A stretch of DNA of 32,024 bases from a virus (Duplodnaviria; Caudoviricetes), in IMG/VR virus record IMGVR_UViG_3300025389_000068, positions 1 to 32,024 of that record; one strand, written 5' to 3'. Shown one piece after another: positions 1-14,317 of the stretch. The notes under the pieces were generated by a model. That model worked only from the letters and a program-made list of their open reading frames with translations. It was not told the origin of the DNA and did not search any database. The first letter of the stretch is position 1; every line of letters starts with the position of its first letter. The translations under genes were made by a program, and so were the position numbers.

Positions 1-3000
1 TTCCATTTGCAGTTAGATTAATATTGCCATCAACAACAGGGATAGTTACATTCGTATTACCACTTGTCATAGATCCAGCAGTAACAGTTTGTAGATCATC
101 AAAGTACAATGTACTATTTGACAACCATAAATCTTTCCAACGATTAGTTGCGTTACCTAATGTGAATGTAATATTTGCGCTAGGGATCAAGCTTGATGAA
201 ACATAAGTTGATACAGATAGATTATTCACAGATACATTACTTGTGAATACACCTCTGCTAGCACCTATGTTACCAACATTAGCATTTCCTGTGACTGATA
301 GTATACCACTTGTACCAATGTTTCCGATGTTAGCATTACCTGTTACACTCAACTTACCAGTAGTTGATAAGTTACCACCACTTATATTACCGGTAACACT
401 CAATGCACCGCCTGTACTTAAATTACCTACAGTTGCATTACCAGTAACATTTAAGTCACCGCCTGTACTTAAATTACCACCACTTACATTACCAGTTGCA
501 GTGATTAGTCCACTAGTGCCTAAGTTACCAACATTGGCATTGCCTGTGACTGATAGTATACCACTTGTACCAATATTTCCGATGTTAGCATTACCACTGA
601 TGTTTGCAGTTCCTGCAACATTCATTCCTGTACTAGAAATTACAACTACATTACTTGTACCTGCACTACCAATAGTAATATTACCATTAACTACTGGAAT
701 GTTTACATTACTTGTACCATTTGCAATATTATTTGCGGTACCACCTGTTGTAACTACACCTGTTAATTGACTACCATTACCTATGAAATAGCCTGCAGTG
801 ACATTACCTGTTGTACCTAAATTACCAACATTAGCGTTACCAGTTACACTTAGTACACCACCTGTACTTAAATTACCACCACTTACATTACCAGTTGCAG
901 TGATTAGTCCACTTGTTCCTAAGTTACCAACATTAGCATTTCCAGTAGAATTCAATGTACCATAAACATTTAATCCAGTGCCTGTTACTACTACTACATT
1001 AGCATTTCCTACAGCACTAATGTTAACATTACCATTTGCGAATGGAATAGAAATATTACTATTTCCATTACTGACACCATCTGAACTAGAACTAAATTCA
1101 ATTTGTTGCGGGTAAGCAGCAGCGTTTGTAGTAATTGTGATTCCAGTGCCTGCTACAAATTGAACAGTGTCTTCGCCTACAGCTACAAGACTTGTTTGTC
1201 CTGCAACTTCCCATGTCTTAAATGAGCTACCTAATGAGATTAACGCCTCACCTGAACCCAAATCAGTAACATATATACCTGTGGTAGTATCAAATCTAAT
1301 TGTGTTAACATTAGCAACAATATTAGAAAGAGTACCAGAAGCATATTGGCTTACTGTTAATAAATCTGTTAAACTACTACCATTACCAATAAAGTAACCT
1401 GCAGTAATATTACCAGTTCCAGTAATATTACCAGTAGTGAATGTTATATTACCTACATTTGCATTACCTAAGACATTTAAGTCATTGGCTAAGTTTACAT
1501 AATTAGCAGTTACTAGATTACCTAAGTTAGCGTTACCTGATGTAATGTTGCCAGTAACATTAGCATTATTATTGATGTTTATATAGTTGGCAGTAACTAG
1601 ATTACCTAAATTAGCATTACCACTAGTGATATTACCAACTATATTTGCATAGTTAGCAGTAACTAGATTACCTAAATTAGCATTGCCACTAGTGATATTA
1701 CCTGTTACAGTTAATATATTAGAAGTTAATGTGCCAGTCGCAGCATTAAATGATAGATTTGCATTACTACCTAATATATAATTACCTGCAGTATTTGCGC
1801 TTACAAAAGTTGGATAGAATATACCAGTTGTGTTTGAAGTAATTACACTATAGTCGCTTACATTTGCACGGGCAGCATATAAGTTAGGAACTAATGTTGT
1901 ACTAGTTACTGTTATCGGGCTAGTACCTGTTGCTACATTACTTGTCAATGTACTTGCTACTACTTGTGAAGATACATTCAAGTTACCAGATGTAATATTA
2001 CCTGTTCCAACATTTAAGCTTGAACCAGTTGCATCACCAATGTCAGGTGTTAATAATGATGGAGTGTTTTGACGAACAAAATTACCAGATCCTGTACCAG
2101 TATATTCTGCTTGTGATAAGTGGAAGTATTCATTTGCTTGGCCACCTTGCAATCCAGCCAAACTATCGTGTAATGTAGCAAATGGTGTCGTTACATGGAA
2201 TGCTTCTTGTGTTCCACCTGTATTAACTGTGAATGTCTTACTGCTACCACCAGATACGGAACCAAACACAAGTACACCCAATGCATCAGTTTCATTAATG
2301 CTTATTAATGATTCAGTAGTGCCTAATAAATATTCCTGTATGCCAGTAGAAGTAATAGTTACACCATCAATATAGAAATACTGATTCCAAACATTACCTG
2401 TTACTGCACTTTCATTAGTATATGTAGTTGGTGTGTCAATTGTAGCTACTGTATTACTTGTGATAGCACTAATCTGATAAACACCTTTTGGTGTTTCCAA
2501 GAAGCTAGCAGCAGTAATTGTAGCACTACCATTAGCATTGAAGAACGGAGTACCTGTTGTAAATGTAGCTGTTCTAGTTGTACCAGTACCAGACATTGTG
2601 ACAGTACCAGACTCTTGTGTAATTACATAAATAGCAACGCCTATATTTGATGTACCACTTGTACTATTAACATTGGCCCAAATTGAGAAGTCCCAGTTAC
2701 CTGGATCGATTTGTGTTCTACCCAACGCAAGTGACTGACCACCTACGATAACATTTGTACTACCATTAGCTATTGTAATGCTTGTATTAGATGGTGTTGT
2801 GTTTGGATTACCATCAAATGTCTCAACTTGGAAATAGTTATTAGCCGCAACATTAGCAATTAATGTTGGAGGAGCTAACCAGAAATTAACGCCTGCACCA
2901 GCAGATACTGTATTTGTATTATTAGCTGGAATCCAAATAACACCATTATACTGTAGTATTTGACCATTTGTTGCAGATGATACGCTTACATCAGTTAAGC

Positions 3001-6000
3001 TATTAGCTAATGTCAATCCAGAAATATTTACACCATTACCATTGATATAGTTTGCTTGTACTAGATTACCTAAGTTAGCGTTACCTGCTGTTATATTACC
3101 AGTAACTACTAAACTACTCAATGAACCCACGCTAGTAATATTTGGCTGTGCTGCTGTTGTTAATGTACCTGTTAATAAGCTAGCACCTATTGTTCCGCTA
3201 TTAGCAAAAACATTACCGGCTTCAATATTGCTTTGTACACTTACATTACCAATTACTGCTAAGTTACCAACAACATTTGCAGTACCTGAAATGTTTGCCC
3301 CAGTATTAGTTACAACTAATGTAGTATTTCCACTAGATACAAAATTGATATTACCATTAGTTACTGGTATACTTACATTGCTTGTACCATTTACCAAGTT
3401 ACCTGCAGTAGCAACATTCATGTTTGCTATCTGAGTATTGCTTATTACTACCAATGGTGCAGTACCAGTTGATATGTTGCTTATTAATTGTGGTGCAATG
3501 ATATTTGCAGTTGCTAATACTTGAGTGGCGCCTAAGTTACCTACATTAGCATTGCCTGTAATATTTGCAGTGCCAGTAATATTTGCACCAGTATCAGTAA
3601 TTACTAATGTAGAATTACCAATTGCAGTAACCGTTACATAAGAGTTTGCAGCAATAGTTACATTACTATTACCATTTTGCAACAATCCACTATTGATAGT
3701 AGTAATATTACCTGTTGTAATGATTGCTGTATTTGTAGTTAAGTTACCAAGATTAGCATTACCAAGTACATTCAAGTCATTAGCTAAGTTTACATAATTA
3801 GCAGATACTAGGTTACCTAGGTTAGCATTACTTGCATAGATATTACCAAGTACATTTAAGTCATTAGCTAAGTTTGCATAGTTAGCAGTAACTAGATTAC
3901 CAAGATTAGCATTACCAAGTACATTTAAGTCATTAGCTAAGTTTACATAATTAGCTGTAACTAGATTACCCAAGTTAGCATTACTTGCTGTAATATTACC
4001 TAATATATTAACATCGTTAGCAAAGTTTGCATAGTTAGCAGATATTAAATTACCAAAATAAGCATTACCTGCTGTTAGATCACCTGTAAAGTTTGCAGTA
4101 CCAGATACATTTATACCAGTACCAGTAATCACAACTACATTAGCATTACCGGCTGATGATATGATAACATTTCCGTCAGCTACTGGAATATTTACATTAC
4201 TACTACCATTAGCGATTGTGTTTGCAGTACCACCAGATGCATTAATACCAGTTAGTTGACTACCATTACCAAAATAGTATCCTGCAGTAATATTACCTGT
4301 ACCAGTTATATTACCAGCATTAAATGTTATATTACCAACATTAGCATTGTTTGTAATTTCAATAGAATTTGCCGATACTACATTAGCGCCCTGAATGTTA
4401 CCGCCACTTAATGTGATGTCACCACCGGAACCAGATGTATTGAAATTGCTAGCGGTTACTGTATTGCTTATATTAGCATTGTTTGCGTTAACATTACCTG
4501 ATACATTGACATCATTAGCAATATTTGCATAGTTAGCAGTTACTAGATTACCAAGGTTGGCATTACTTGCTGTAATATTGCCTAATGTATTAACATCATT
4601 AGCAAAGTTTGCATAGTTGGCTGTAACTAGATTACCCAAGTTAGCATTACCGCCATTGATGTTACCTAGAGCATTAATGTCGTTAGCAATATTTGCATAG
4701 TTGGCAGTTACTAGATTGCCTAAGTTTGCATTACCTGCAGTAACATTACCGGTGATGTTTGCATTAGCAGTAATGTTTATATAATTTGCAGTAATTAGGT
4801 TACCAAGATTTGCATTGCCCGCTGATACATTTCCGATTACATTTGCATTTACTGCAATGTTTATATAATTTGCTGTTACTAAATTACCTAAGTTAGCATT
4901 GCCACTTGTAATGTTACCAATGATGTTTGCATAGTTAGCAGTGACTAGATTACCAAGATTAGCGTTACCTGCTGTAACATTACCTGTGATGTTAGCGTTA
5001 GCGGCAATGTTTATATAATTTGCAGTTACTAAGTTACCTAAGTTAGCATTACCACTTGTAATATTAGCACTAACATTGATGTAGTTAGCTAATACCAAGT
5101 TACCTAAGTTAGCATTACCTGCAGTTACATTGCTTGATACATTTACATAATTAGCTAATACTAAGTTACCTAAGTTAGCATTACCCGCAGTTACATTACT
5201 TGATACATTTACATAGTTAGCTAGTACTAGGTTACCTAAGTTAGCATTACCACTTGTAATATTACCGAGTGTTGTCAAGTTACCTACATTTGCGTTACCA
5301 GTTACACTTAAATTGTTTGATAATGTTACTAATCCTGTTTCAGCAACTGTTACATAATTGGTAGTAGCGTTATAGCGTATAACTGCATTACCATTAGCAG
5401 AGCTAGCATCAGCTCCTATTAACCAGCGCTCTGTTCCGGCACGCTTAATTCTTGTAGCAGCATAACTAGTTGCAATAGCATTAATGTCGTTGTAAGTAGC
5501 AGCAGTGCCATTTCCTGTCATTAAGTTAACTGAAACACCCAATGAACCTACAACATTAGCACCTGTCTCAGTCACAACCAATGTAGTATTGCCATTTGCA
5601 GTTAAGTCTACATTACCATTAATTACCGGTATGGTTACACTTGAAGTACCGTTAGACACTCCTGAAGTACTTATAGTAGTAAATGATAGGTTACCAGTAC
5701 CATCTGTTTGAACTACTTGTCCTGATGTTCCACCGGTTATTTTAACATTGCCTACTGGACCTAAATTACTTACACCATTAACATTTATGCCAGTACCAGT
5801 TACAACAACTACATTAGCATTACCTGCACTACTTATATTAACATTACCATTCACTGAAGGTATATTAATATTACTAGTACCATTAGATATGCTTGATGTG
5901 CTAATAGATGTGAATGATAAATTACCTAAACCATCTGTTTGAATTACTTGTCCATTAGTACCGCCTGTAATCTTAACATTACTAATGCCATTTAAATTAC

Positions 6001-9000
6001 TATTTCCTGCAACAGATAAGTTGCTTGTATATAATCCTGAGTTTGCAACAATTACTACATCTGCAACACCATTAGCACCCATATGGATATTACCATTGAC
6101 TACTGGGATGCTAACATTACTAGTACCATTTGCAATGCTGTTTGATGTACCACCTGAAGCTTGTACACCAGTTAATTGACTACCATTACCAAAATAGAAC
6201 CCTGCTACTACATTACCACCAACATTGACATTAGTTGATATATTAGCGTCACCGGCAACAGATAAATCACCACCTGTTACTAAGTTGCCACCAGTAATTG
6301 TATCAGAAGCATCAATTACCCCGCCTGTATAAATATTACCACTTAATATTTGACCAACATTTAAATTTGATTGTACATTAACATTTCCATCTGAAGTTAT
6401 ATCACCTGCAGAATGAATAGTACTACGAGAGTATAGAGACAGAACATTAGCAGTGCCAATTGTGTTTATCCAGCCACCAACAGTAACATTTCCACCAACA
6501 GTTTCATTTCTAGCTACTGTTAAATTACCACTTAATGCTGTATCTCCTGTAATATTTAAAGGGCCGTTGGTTATAGTTACTGGACCATTAAGAATAGTAC
6601 TGAATAGAGAAGTTAGATTTCCAGTTTGTGTATTTCCAGATACTGTTAAGTTTTGTACCCCAGTAATAGTAGCAACTGATAGTATTCCTGTAATTGATGT
6701 ATTTTGCAATACACTCAAGTTACTAGTTAAAGTAGTTGATGTTGGGGTGACAGTTACAACATTAGATGTTCCGCTTACGCTAATACCAACTGCCCCACTT
6801 GGTGCAATTCTTAGATTACTTGTACCATTAATTATAGTGAAAACATTGGTTATGTTACTTACTTTTAGATTACCAGTAACATTCACATTACCGCCGATAT
6901 TAGCAGCATTTGTCAAATTCAGGTTACCAGCAATATTAGCATTAGCAGTAGAGCTTATATTACCAGAAACATATACACCATTGTTGGCAACTAAGAATAC
7001 ATTAGGGATGCCTGCAACTGAGAATGTAGTATTTCCGCTATAACGGGTAACAATATTACTTGAACCGTTAACCATTGATGTTCCGGCTGTAGCTTGGATA
7101 CCAGTTAGATAGAAACCATTACCTACAAAGAACTGTGCATTAGCTTGATAACCTAAATCAGCATTAGCTGCCATTAACTCACCAGCTACTGTTAGATTGC
7201 CACCTACATTAGCATTTGCAACTATATTAGCATTACCACCTACTACAACACTACCACCTATATTAGCGTTAACTCTTATATTAGCATTGCCACCAACAAC
7301 TAAATTACCAGTGATGTTAGCAATACCCTTGATATTAGCACCAATTGTAGAAACATTTAATACATTTGCAATACCACCAACTGTAATAGTTGCATTTCCA
7401 TTAGGGAATAATACCTCAATATTACTTGAACCATTTTCTAATCTACTATAAGGAGGTCCGCTAGCTACAACGCCAGTTAAATAGAAACCATTACCGACGA
7501 AATAATTACCTTGAACAGCATTACCCAAGTTAGAATATGACCCAGATCCTGCTTCAATGTTTCCAATGATTGTTATGTTGTTACCTACACTAACATTGTC
7601 AGCAAAAGTACCAGTGTTACCACTTACATCATCAACAGCGGAAATGTTACCCAATGATATTAAATTGCCAGCTGTGATATTACCTGGAACATCGAAATCA
7701 CCTGTAACAGTTATAGATTGTGCAGTTATAATACCAGTGACAGTTACATTACCATCAACATTAGTATTTTCTGTTACGCTTAAATTACCTTCTACTACTG
7801 CATCACCAATGAAGTTTACACCGCCGGTAAAATTAGCCTGTCCAGTTACATTTAACTTACCTTCTAACAGCATATTAGTATCTAAACTACTTGCTCTAGT
7901 TACAGTCATAGAACCACCGTAACCTATTCTGGTCATTGTCATTGAACCAGAACCAGTTGTTAATGTTAATGATGCACCACCAACAGTAGCAGAAATAAGT
8001 ATATTGGTATATGGTTGTGTAGGTGATAATGAAGCGTCAACCAGTCCAACTATATAATATGTTACACCAAGTGATACTCCACCAAAAACAGTGCCAGTAA
8101 ATTGCACTGCGTCATTTAAATTAAATCCATCAAGATATTCAGGTGGGTTTTGTACGGTAAAGTAATCACCACCTGGATCTAATGTAGCTAAAGTTATTGT
8201 AGCAACAATAGCATTAGTTACCTGCATTGATCCAGATGCATCAGTTAATGTAAGTGGTGCAAATGTTCCTGTGCTTTGTGGGTCTGAAGAAATCTGTAAT
8301 GTAGTAGAAGTAGATGAATATACATAGTATGTTGTATTTGCTACTATTCCACCAAATGTTGTACCAGTAAATTTAACACCTGCTCCAACTACAAATTGAG
8401 TTCCATTATTTACAGTTATTGTATTATCTGTTGCTGATGTTGCTGTTGCTGTACTAATTAATTCTACTGATAATGGTGCTTCACCTAATAAATTAGATAC
8501 TGTTAATGTAGTTGATGTTGGTTTTGTTTTTACATAATAAGTTCCACCAGTAGATACATTACCAAAAACAGTGCCAGTAAATTGTACTGGATCGTTAAGA
8601 TTGAATACAGTAGAATCAGTTACAGTGAATACATTACCAGCATAAACTGCTTCAGAAACAGAAGTACTTACTGTTGGTATAGGAGTTGCTGATAATCTAA
8701 TGATGTTTGTGCCAGGATCTGCAAGACTGTCAACATTACCTAAATTAATATATATGTTACCACTTGAGTCAGGTGTACTGATATAAGAATTACCTTTACC
8801 AAGTTTACCTATGATACCAGCAGAACCTAATGTACCACCTGATGCATCTACTGTTAAATAGTTACCAACTGTTGCATTTCCGCCAACACTGATATTGTTA
8901 CTCATTGAGGCGTTGTTACTACTTACTGTTCCTTCTGGTGCACTGATACCAGAATACGGTAAAGTTATACCACCGAATACAGTTACACCACCGGATAAGT

Positions 9001-12000
9001 TAGAACCATTGAATGCTTGGAAATAACCATATACATTAGTTTCTCCAGAAACAGATAGTGCTCTTCCAATTCTCGCATTTCCTGCAACAGTTAAATATCC
9101 GTCACCTAATTGAGAACCTTCATTATCATTGATAGTTATTCCACTTGAAGTGAATGCAGGGATATTACCTAGATTAGCATACAATGTATTAATATTTGCA
9201 TGAGGTCCAACAATGTACCCATGTTCTAATTCAATATTACCATAACCAGAAAGATTAATGCCACTATTGCTTATTAGGTTTAAATTTACTGGACCTGTAT
9301 ATGCTGATGGGATTCCACCTGGCCCTGCATCTCGCTGGGCACCTAATGTCATCGCTGCTGTTATTACTGAATTAGATATTACAGTTGATACTGTTACAAC
9401 ATTGACTGTATTAACAGACATGTTGATGTTAGCATTAGGGCCGTAAATAGATACATTTGAACTTCCGTTGCTAATATATGAACCAGCCGGAGACGGTGGG
9501 ATACCTTCTAAGAATGCAGCATTACCAAAATAGTAAGTAGTTCCTCTAGGATCACCATCACGCAAGCCGTAAATATTACCAAATACAGTTATGTTAGAAC
9601 GACCAGTATTTGCAAGTGTGTTGTCTTCACTCCATCCAACTGTTAAGTTTCCACCAATTGTTGTTTCACCTGCAATATTAGCATCAGATTTTATTACGGG
9701 TTTTCCTGGGAAACCAGAAGGAAAACCTGTACTATCAAATGTACCAACTAGTACATTTCCTATAACATTTGCATTAGAATGTACAATTAAATTTCCAGTA
9801 ACATCAGTGTATGTACCATGAATGTTTGCATTACCTACAATGTTTGCATTGCCACCAATTTGTAAATTAGATTCTAAATTACTATTTCCAGTAACAGAAA
9901 AATTACCAATAATGTTTACACTACTTGAAGTAGCTTGAATTACATTAGGTGTTCCAGCAACTGACAAAGTGATATCATCACTGTGTCTTATTACTAAGTT
10001 ACTAGTACCATTAGCAAAGCTAGGTGCAGAGATGTTACCACTGACATTTAAATCCATTGTGCCTGGATAACCAGTTAATGACATTGCACTACTTGAAATG
10101 CTAACTACATTAACTAAGTTAACCGACATTTCTATATTTGTACTAGGACCATATATAGAAACATTACTTCCGCCATTTTCTATTCTACCACCAGTAGAAC
10201 CAGTAAATGTTATGCCACTTAGATAAACACCGTTACCAATAAAATATGTAGGACCTGCAGGTGCTCCATCAACTTGTCCAACTACATTACCACTCAATAA
10301 TGTGATGTTACCAGTAGTATCTAAAATTATATTACCATTATCAGCGGTGATATTACCACTAACTGCTAGATCAGTCAATATACCAACATTGGTAATGTTT
10401 GGTTGATTGTACGCATATGCTGACAATGTGGTAGTTAAATTATTGATAGTAGCATTTCCAGTAATATCTAAATTACCACCATAGATTGTACCACCAGTAG
10501 ATATTGGAGAAAGATTTCTTGCAGAAAATCCAGAGTTAGAATATATAGTACCATCAGCCTGTAAGTAGCTAGCCACATTCGTATGACCACTTACATTCAT
10601 GTAGCCACTAATTTCCACTCTGCCTGAACTAATATTCAAGTTAGCACTTTGAATATCCATGTCTTTTGAACTGGATACTACAAATGTGTTTCCATCAGTT
10701 GACATTCCATTGGCAGTGAAGTTACCATGCGGTGTTAATAAGTGTAAATCACCGCCTAATACTAAATTACCATTGACATTTGCATTTCCACCTACATTCA
10801 AGTCACTTGAAAAAGTAGCAGCCAAACCACTGATATTTTCAATAGCACTTATATTACCTGATGCTATGATGTTGGTTCCTGATAGATCACCTAAGGTATA
10901 CAAATTACCAGACCCGCTATAGTTATTAGCAGATATATTACCAGAAGTAATCAAGTTACCCAACAATAGCATGTTGTTGCCGATATTAGCGTTTCCACCA
11001 ATAGTAGCATCATATTGAGAATATATATTACCCAAACTAGATATATTGCCAGTAGAGGTGATGTTACCACCTACATTAGCATCAAGTAATACATTTAAAT
11101 AACCATTAGCATTGACATTGCCATTACCTAAAATATTACCGTCTACTGTCAACACATTAGCAATGTATACTGAGTTAGTAGTGTTGTCATATGTAAAACC
11201 AACTGCACCATTCATGAATTGGTCATTTTGGAATATAACTTGAGTATTTTGCCCTGGACCTGCAATAGGTCCATATATATTACCCGTAAAGTTACCTAAG
11301 AACCAATTTGCTCGTAGATTACCTTCAGTATATTCTGTGATGATACCATTGTCAATTGTAACTTGGTTAGCAACTAAGAATTCTAGATTTGCCTGATGCC
11401 ATCCCATGAATGCATTTGTTGCAAATCCTAAGTTAGTTTCCCAATAGTTAAGAATTGCACCACGATCTTGTGCTCCATTTAATACTGCTATACCTGTACC
11501 TGAACCAACATTAGTTGCAGTAAAGGTATTACCAACGACATAATATTGATCTGCTATGCCAGTACCTGTACCAACATTAGTAGCAACAAATGTTGTACCA
11601 ACAGAAGATTCAGATGAAATAGTTGTTGGAGCTACTAATTGAGTAGTGTTAACTGTATATGTTCCTACACCACCAGTCCCAGTACCAAAAGATAATATAG
11701 TTGTACCAGATGTAACACCTGTACCTGTTATTACTGAACCTACGGATAATGTACCTGATGTAACAGCAGATACATTTAATGTAGTACCAGGAGATATTGA
11801 ATTTATTGTTGTGTCAAAAGCTGCTTGACTTGTATCTACTGTATAGTTACCTACACCAGATGGTGTTCCATCAATTTGTGCAAGAACTGTGGTATTAGTA
11901 ATAATTCCATCGCCAGATAATACTGTGCCAGCAATTATTGTTCCAGGTGTGTTTACAGTACTTACATATAAATTAGTACCTGGTAATATAGATTGGATAA

Positions 12001-14314
12001 TAGTAGTATCAACTAACTGCGAAACATCAACACTGTATGTACCTTCTCTACCTGTTGTTCCTGATATTTGTCCTGTAATCGTTGTAGGTAATCCAATACC
12101 AGCCCAAGTAAGTGACATACCTGTAGTTAGTAACACAGCTGGGTTTGTGTCTGCAACGGTTACTGTTAATATTAATCCAGGTTCAACTGATGGGTTTGTT
12201 GGATCTAATCCATTGCTTATATAACCAACAACTTGAACTACAGGTCCACCATCATTAATATGACCTTGAACTTGAGCAGGGCTAGTATCTGATATTTGTC
12301 CATAAACTACCGCACTTGGTGCAGCACCTAAACTAACCCAGTCAGTATCACCTACTGTAGTTATAATATAAGGTTCGCCTATTAATAAATCAGCTGGTGA
12401 TATGTTATTTGTTCCTGCAATAGAAGCCCAATTAGTATCACCTATTGTTGTGATTTGATATGACTCTCCTACTACAAAATTTCCAGCATCAACTAATCCA
12501 GCTTGTCCTTGATATATTAAAGAACCAGTAGTAGAGAAGGTAGCGTTAGCATTAATATTAGCATGACTAATCGTCAATACATTTGGTGTGCCACCTGATG
12601 AGATACTAATAGGACCATTATTACCAATGATTACATTACTATTTCCTATAGAGAATGATGCATTCTGTGTTGAACCAATTATGGTTAAAGTATTAGCAGT
12701 TATGTTACCATTAGCAACATTTAATGATGCTACTGACAATACTTCACTATCACTATCAAAGGTGAAGGTACCACTTGCACCAAAGTTACCTTCATAATTA
12801 TATTGTACTGTCTTGTTTCCACCTGCAGGGGCTGGCTGACTTCCACCGCCACCTGGACCCCAATCTAATGTGCCTGCTCCATCTGTTTGCAATACATAAC
12901 CTGGCAAACCACCTAAGATAGTTAAATTAGCAATATCACCTAAGTTTGCCTGACTAGATACTTCTAATGTAACAATATTAGCTGTTCCAGATACATTAGC
13001 AGATGTAGCATTTAAACTAGCATTGACATTAACATTACTGTTAGCCTGTATATCATCGCCAAATCTACTAACACCTGAATTAACTTCTAATGCATATGCA
13101 TTGGTAATATTTGCAGGTCCAATTGTAGTAGGTGCACCTTGAATATAAAATGTTGCTGCATTTGCAAATGTTACATTATTATTAACTGCACCAATGATAG
13201 GAGTAGCAATTGCATGTACTGCTCCATTCGCTATCATACCACTTGACGCTGTTACATTGTCAATGTATACACCTGATTTAATTCTAAATCCTACATTACC
13301 ATTGATAGTGTTAATGTTTAAATTACCCGCAGGATAACTAGTAAATGTTATATTAGTTAATACTCCTGCTGTGGGAGGTGAACTAACTGTAATAGTATTA
13401 GCACCTGTGTTAATACTTGTGATGATTGCTCTAGGTGTTGTATTAAATGGTGCACCAGACAATACCATACCAGTAGTTAAGTTAGCTACATTGTTTAAAA
13501 CAAGTGTAGGATTACCATTACCTGATACTACTGTTTTTGTATAAGAAACATTTGCTGTTGAAATAGTAAATGCAGGTTCTATTGTTATACCACTAGTAGT
13601 AGCATAAAATATATTTGCTACTCCATTTGAAGCCATAGATATTGCACCGTTTACTGGCGTAATATCTATATTACTTGTTCCGTTAGCTACTCTAGCCGCA
13701 GTTACTGATGTTAAATAATATCCATTACCAATAAAGTAATTAGCAGATAGATTTGCTTGTACATTTACATTACCATAGAAATTTCCGGTTATTGCATTTA
13801 AATCATCTAAGATTCTCAAATTACCAGTAATTACATTAGATGCTACATTTATATAATTGGCTGTAGCTAGATTACCCAAATTAGCATTTGCTGCTCTTAA
13901 ATTACCTGCAAGATTGGCAGCAAAAACTGCTAAGGTTGAAGTTATACTGTTGTAAGTAAATGTACCAGTGCCACCAAAGCTTCCAGCATTATTATATTGT
14001 ACTGCATTTGCTGGCGCCGCAGGTGTACCACCACCATTACCTCCACTGAATGTATACCAGCTTAAATTTCCTTGTCCGTCTGTAGCAATACCTTGCCCAG
14101 GAGCACCACCTGGAATACTAAGATTAGCAATATCAGTGATAGTAATGTTACCAGAGATATTAGCACTACCGGTTACATTGGCGTTACCACTGAAAGTAGC
14201 ATTACCAACTATATTTGCATTAGATAAATTAGCATCACTGTTACCATCAATGACTACATTTGCAGGTTGACCTACACTAAAACCATCTATAGAATTAAAA
14301 GCCTTATTTGCCAT
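1..14314 (-). CDS. Giant Asn/Gly/Thr-rich fibre/adhesin-like virion protein, at least 4771 aa, 3' end outside window
   Basis: ATG at 14314 gives [24 protein letters not shown]..., paralogous to the N-termini of the two upstream fibre genes. I hand-translated the same frame at about 12540-11460, 8750-8400, 8000-7860 and 160-2 (...[24 protein letters not shown]...) with no stop. The ORF track lists no terminated ORF from this ATG, consistent with an open frame to the window edge. Contains [11 protein letters not shown] repeats and [14 protein letters not shown] and [11 protein letters not shown] fibre motifs. Confidence 0.9.
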   Translation of the reverse strand, partial: MANKAFNSIDGFSVGQPANVVIDGNSDANLSNANIVGNATFSGNANVTGSANISGNITITDIANLSIPGGAPGQGIATDGQGNLSWYTFSGGNGGGTPAAPANAVQYNNAGSFGGTGTFTYNSITSTLAVFAANLAGNLRAANANLGNLATANYINVASNVITGNLRILDDLNAITGNFYGNVNVQANLSANYFIGNGYYLTSVTAARVANGTSNIDITPVNGAISMASNGVANIFYATTSGITIEPAFTISTANVSYTKTVVSGNGNPTLVLNNVANLTTGMVLSGAPFNTTPRAIITSINTGANTITVSSPPTAGVLTNITFTSYPAGNLNINTINGNVGFRIKSGVYIDNVTASSGMIANGAVHAIATPIIGAVNNNVTFANAATFYIQGAPTTIGPANITNAYALEVNSGVSRFGDDIQANSNVNVNASLNATSANVSGTANIVTLEVSSQANLGDIANLTILGGLPGYVLQTDGAGTLDWGPGGGGSQPAPAGGNKTVQYNYEGNFGASGTFTFDSDSEVLSVASLNVANGNITANTLTIIGSTQNASFSIGNSNVIIGNNGPISISSGGTPNVLTISHANINANATFSTTGSLIYQGQAGLVDAGNFVVGESYQITTIGDTNWASIAGTNNISPADLLIGEPYIITTVGDTDWVSLGAAPSAVVYGQISDTSPAQVQGHINDGGPVVQVVGYISNGLDPTNPSVEPGLILTVTVADTNPAVLLTTGMSLTWAGIGLPTTITGQISGTTGREGTYSVDVSQLVDTTIIQSILPGTNLYVSTVNTPGTIIAGTVLSGDGIITNTTVLAQIDGTPSGVGNYTVDTSQAAFDTTINSISPGTTLNVSAVTSGTLSVGSVITGTGVTSGTTILSFGTGTGGVGTYTVNTTQLVAPTTISSESSVGTTFVATNVGTGTGIADQYYVVGNTFTATNVGSGTGIAVLNGAQDRGAILNYWETNLGFATNAFMGWHQANLEFLVANQVTIDNGIITEYTEGNLRANWFLGNFTGNIYGPIAGPGQNTQVIFQNDQFMNGAVGFTYDNTTNSVYIANVLTVDGNILGNGNVNANGYLNVLLDANVGGNITSTGNISSLGNIYSQYDATIGGNANIGNNMLLLGNLITSGNISANNYSGSGNLYTLGDLSGTNIIASGNISAIENISGLAATFSSDLNVGGNANVNGNLVLGGDLHLLTPHGNFTANGMSTDGNTFVVSSSKDMDIQSANLNISSGRVEISGYMNVSGHTNVASYLQADGTIYSNSGFSARNLSPISTGGTIYGGNLDITGNATINNLTTTLSAYAYNQPNITNVGILTDLAVSGNITADNGNIILDTTGNITLLSGNVVGQVDGAPAGPTYFIGNGVYLSGITFTGSTGGRIENGGSNVSIYGPSTNIEMSVNLVNVVSISSSAMSLTGYPGTMDLNVSGNISAPSFANGTSNLVIRHSDDITLSVAGTPNVIQATSSSVNIIGNFSVTGNSNLESNLQIGGNANIVGNANIHGTYTDVTGNLIVHSNANVIGNVLVGTFDSTGFPSGFPGKPVIKSDANIAGETTIGGNLTVGWSEDNTLANTGRSNITVFGNIYGLRDGDPRGTTYYFGNAAFLEGIPPSPAGSYISNGSSNVSIYGPNANINMSVNTVNVVTVSTVISNSVITAAMTLGAQRDAGPGGIPSAYTGPVNLNLISNSGINLSGYGNIELEHGYIVGPHANINTLYANLGNIPAFTSSGITINDNEGSQLGDGYLTVAGNARIGRALSVSGETNVYGYFQAFNGSNLSGGVTVFGGITLPYSGISAPEGTVSSNNASMSNNISVGGNATVGNYLTVDASGGTLGSAGIIGKLGKGNSYISTPDSSGNIYINLGNVDSLADPGTNIIRLSATPIPTVSTSVSEAVYAGNVFTVTDSTVFNLNDPVQFTGTVFGNVSTGGTYYVKTKPTSTTLTVSNLLGEAPLSVELISTATATSATDNTITVNNGTQFVVGAGVKFTGTTFGGIVANTTYYVYSSTSTTLQISSDPQSTGTFAPLTLTDASGSMQVTNAIVATITLATLDPGGDYFTVQNPPEYLDGFNLNDAVQFTGTVFGGVSLGVTYYIVGLVDASLSPTQPYTNILISATVGGASLTLTTGSGSMTMTRIGYGGSMTVTRASSLDTNMLLEGKLNVTGQANFTGGVNFIGDAVVEGNLSVTENTNVDGNVTVTGIITAQSITVTGDFDVPGNITAGNLISLGNISAVDDVSGNTGTFADNVSVGNNITIIGNIEAGSGSYSNLGNAVQGNYFVGNGFYLTGVVASGPPYSRLENGSSNIEVLFPNGNATITVGGIANVLNVSTIGANIKGIANITGNLVVGGNANIRVNANIGGSVVVGGNANIVANANVGGNLTVAGELMAANADLGYQANAQFFVGNGFYLTGIQATAGTSMVNGSSNIVTRYSGNTTFSVAGIPNVFLVANNGVYVSGNISSTANANIAGNLNLTNAANIGGNVNVTGNLKVSNITNVFTIINGTSNLRIAPSGAVGISVSGTSNVVTVTPTSTTLTSNLSVLQNTSITGILSVATITGVQNLTVSGNTQTGNLTSLFSTILNGPVTITNGPLNITGDTALSGNLTVARNETVGGNVTVGGWINTIGTANVLSLYSRSTIHSAGDITSDGNVNVQSNLNVGQILSGNIYTGGVIDASDTITGGNLVTGGDLSVAGDANISTNVNVGGNVVAGFYFGNGSQLTGVQASGGTSNSIANGTSNVSIPVVNGNIHMGANGVADVVIVANSGLYTSNLSVAGNSNLNGISNVKITGGTNGQVIQTDGLGNLSFTSISTSSISNGTSNINIPSVNGNVNISSAGNANVVVVTGTGINVNGVSNLGPVGNVKITGGTSGQVVQTDGTGNLSFTTISTSGVSNGTSSVTIPVINGNVDLTANGNTTLVVTETGANVVGSLGVSVNLMTGNGTAATYNDINAIATSYAATRIKRAGTERWLIGADASSANGNAVIRYNATTNYVTVAETGLVTLSNNLSVTGNANVGNLTTLGNITSGNANLGNLVLANYVNVSSNVTAGNANLGNLVLANYVNVSSNVTAGNANLGNLVLANYINVSANITSGNANLGNLVTANYINIAANANITGNVTAGNANLGNLVTANYANIIGNITSGNANLGNLVTANYINIAVNANVIGNVSAGNANLGNLITANYINITANANITGNVTAGNANLGNLVTANYANIANDINALGNINGGNANLGNLVTANYANFANDVNTLGNITASNANLGNLVTANYANIANDVNVSGNVNANNANISNTVTASNFNTSGSGGDITLSGGNIQGANVVSANSIEITNNANVGNITFNAGNITGTGNITAGYYFGNGSQLTGINASGGTANTIANGSSNVNIPVADGNVIISSAGNANVVVITGTGINVSGTANFTGDLTAGNAYFGNLISANYANFANDVNILGNITASNANLGNLVTANYVNLANDLNVLGNANLGNLVTANYANLANDLNVLGNIYASNANLGNLVSANYVNLANDLNVLGNANLGNLTTNTAIITTGNITTINSGLLQNGNSNVTIAANSYVTVTAIGNSTLVITDTGANITGTANITGNANVGNLGATQVLATANIIAPQLISNISTGTAPLVVISNTQIANMNVATAGNLVNGTSNVSIPVTNGNINFVSSGNTTLVVTNTGANISGTANVVGNLAVIGNVSVQSNIEAGNVFANSGTIGASLLTGTLTTAAQPNITSVGSLSSLVVTGNITAGNANLGNLVQANYINGNGVNISGLTLANSLTDVSVSSATNGQILQYNGVIWIPANNTNTVSAGAGVNFWLAPPTLIANVAANNYFQVETFDGNPNTTPSNTSITIANGSTNVIVGGQSLALGRTQIDPGNWDFSIWANVNSTSGTSNIGVAIYVITQESGTVTMSGTGTTRTATFTTGTPFFNANGSATITAASFLETPKGVYQISAITSNTVATIDTPTTYTNESAVTGNVWNQYFYIDGVTITSTGIQEYLLGTTESLISINETDALGVLVFGSVSGGSSKTFTVNTGGTQEAFHVTTPFATLHDSLAGLQGGQANEYFHLSQAEYTGTGSGNFVRQNTPSLLTPDIGDATGSSLNVGTGNITSGNLNVSSQVVASTLTSNVATGTSPITVTSTTLVPNLYAARANVSDYSVITSNTTGIFYPTFVSANTAGNYILGSNANLSFNAATGTLTSNILTVTGNITSGNANLGNLVTANYANIVGNITSGNANLGNLVTANYININNNANVTGNITSGNANLGNLVTANYVNLANDLNVLGNANVGNITFTTGNITGTGNITAGYFIGNGSSLTDLLTVSQYASGTLSNIVANVNTIRFDTTTGIYVTDLGSGEALISLGSSFKTWEVAGQTSLVAVGEDTVQFVAGTGITITTNAAAYPQQIEFSSSSDGVSNGNSNISIPFANGNVNISAVGNANVVVVTGTGLNVYGTLNSTGNANVGNLGTSGLITATGNVSGGNLSTGGVLSVTGNANVGNLGTTGNVTAGYFIGNGSQLTGVVTTGGTANNIANGTSNVNIPVVNGNITIGSAGTSNVVVISSTGMNVAGTANISGNANIGNIGTSGILSVTGNANVGNLGTSGLITATGNVSGGNLSTGGDLNVTGNATVGNLSTGGALSVTGNISGGNLSTTGKLSVTGNANIGNIGTSGILSVTGNANVGNIGASRGVFTSNVSVNNLSVSTYVSSSLIPSANITFTLGNATNRWKDLWLSNSTLYFDDLQTVTAGSMTSGNTNVTIPVVDGNINLTANG
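3730..5290 (-). repeat. Coding tandem repeats with 66/84-nt units (22/28 aa, ANLGNLVxANYxN...) in the giant fibre
   Basis: The ttacc(t/a/c)aa(g/a)(t/a)ttagc core recurs at 4884, 4950, 5034, 5100, 5166 and 5232 (spacings 66, 84, 66, 66, 66), with similar units over about 3750-4060 and 4540-4880. Confidence 0.85.
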
Positions 14315-14317
14315 TTA

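Noticed and set aside
288-940. Repeat pairs as a DGR template/variable region
   Set aside because: No reverse transcriptase in the window, both copies are in-frame coding, and differences are not adenine-specific.
3730-5290. Regularly spaced repeats resembling a CRISPR array
   Set aside because: Unit lengths are multiples of three, repeats vary at wobble positions, spacers are mutually similar and coding, and no cas genes are present.
1-14314. Apparent 14-kb gene desert suggesting stop-codon reassignment
   Set aside because: One standard-code frame is open throughout, and the other genes terminate normally at TAA or TGA.
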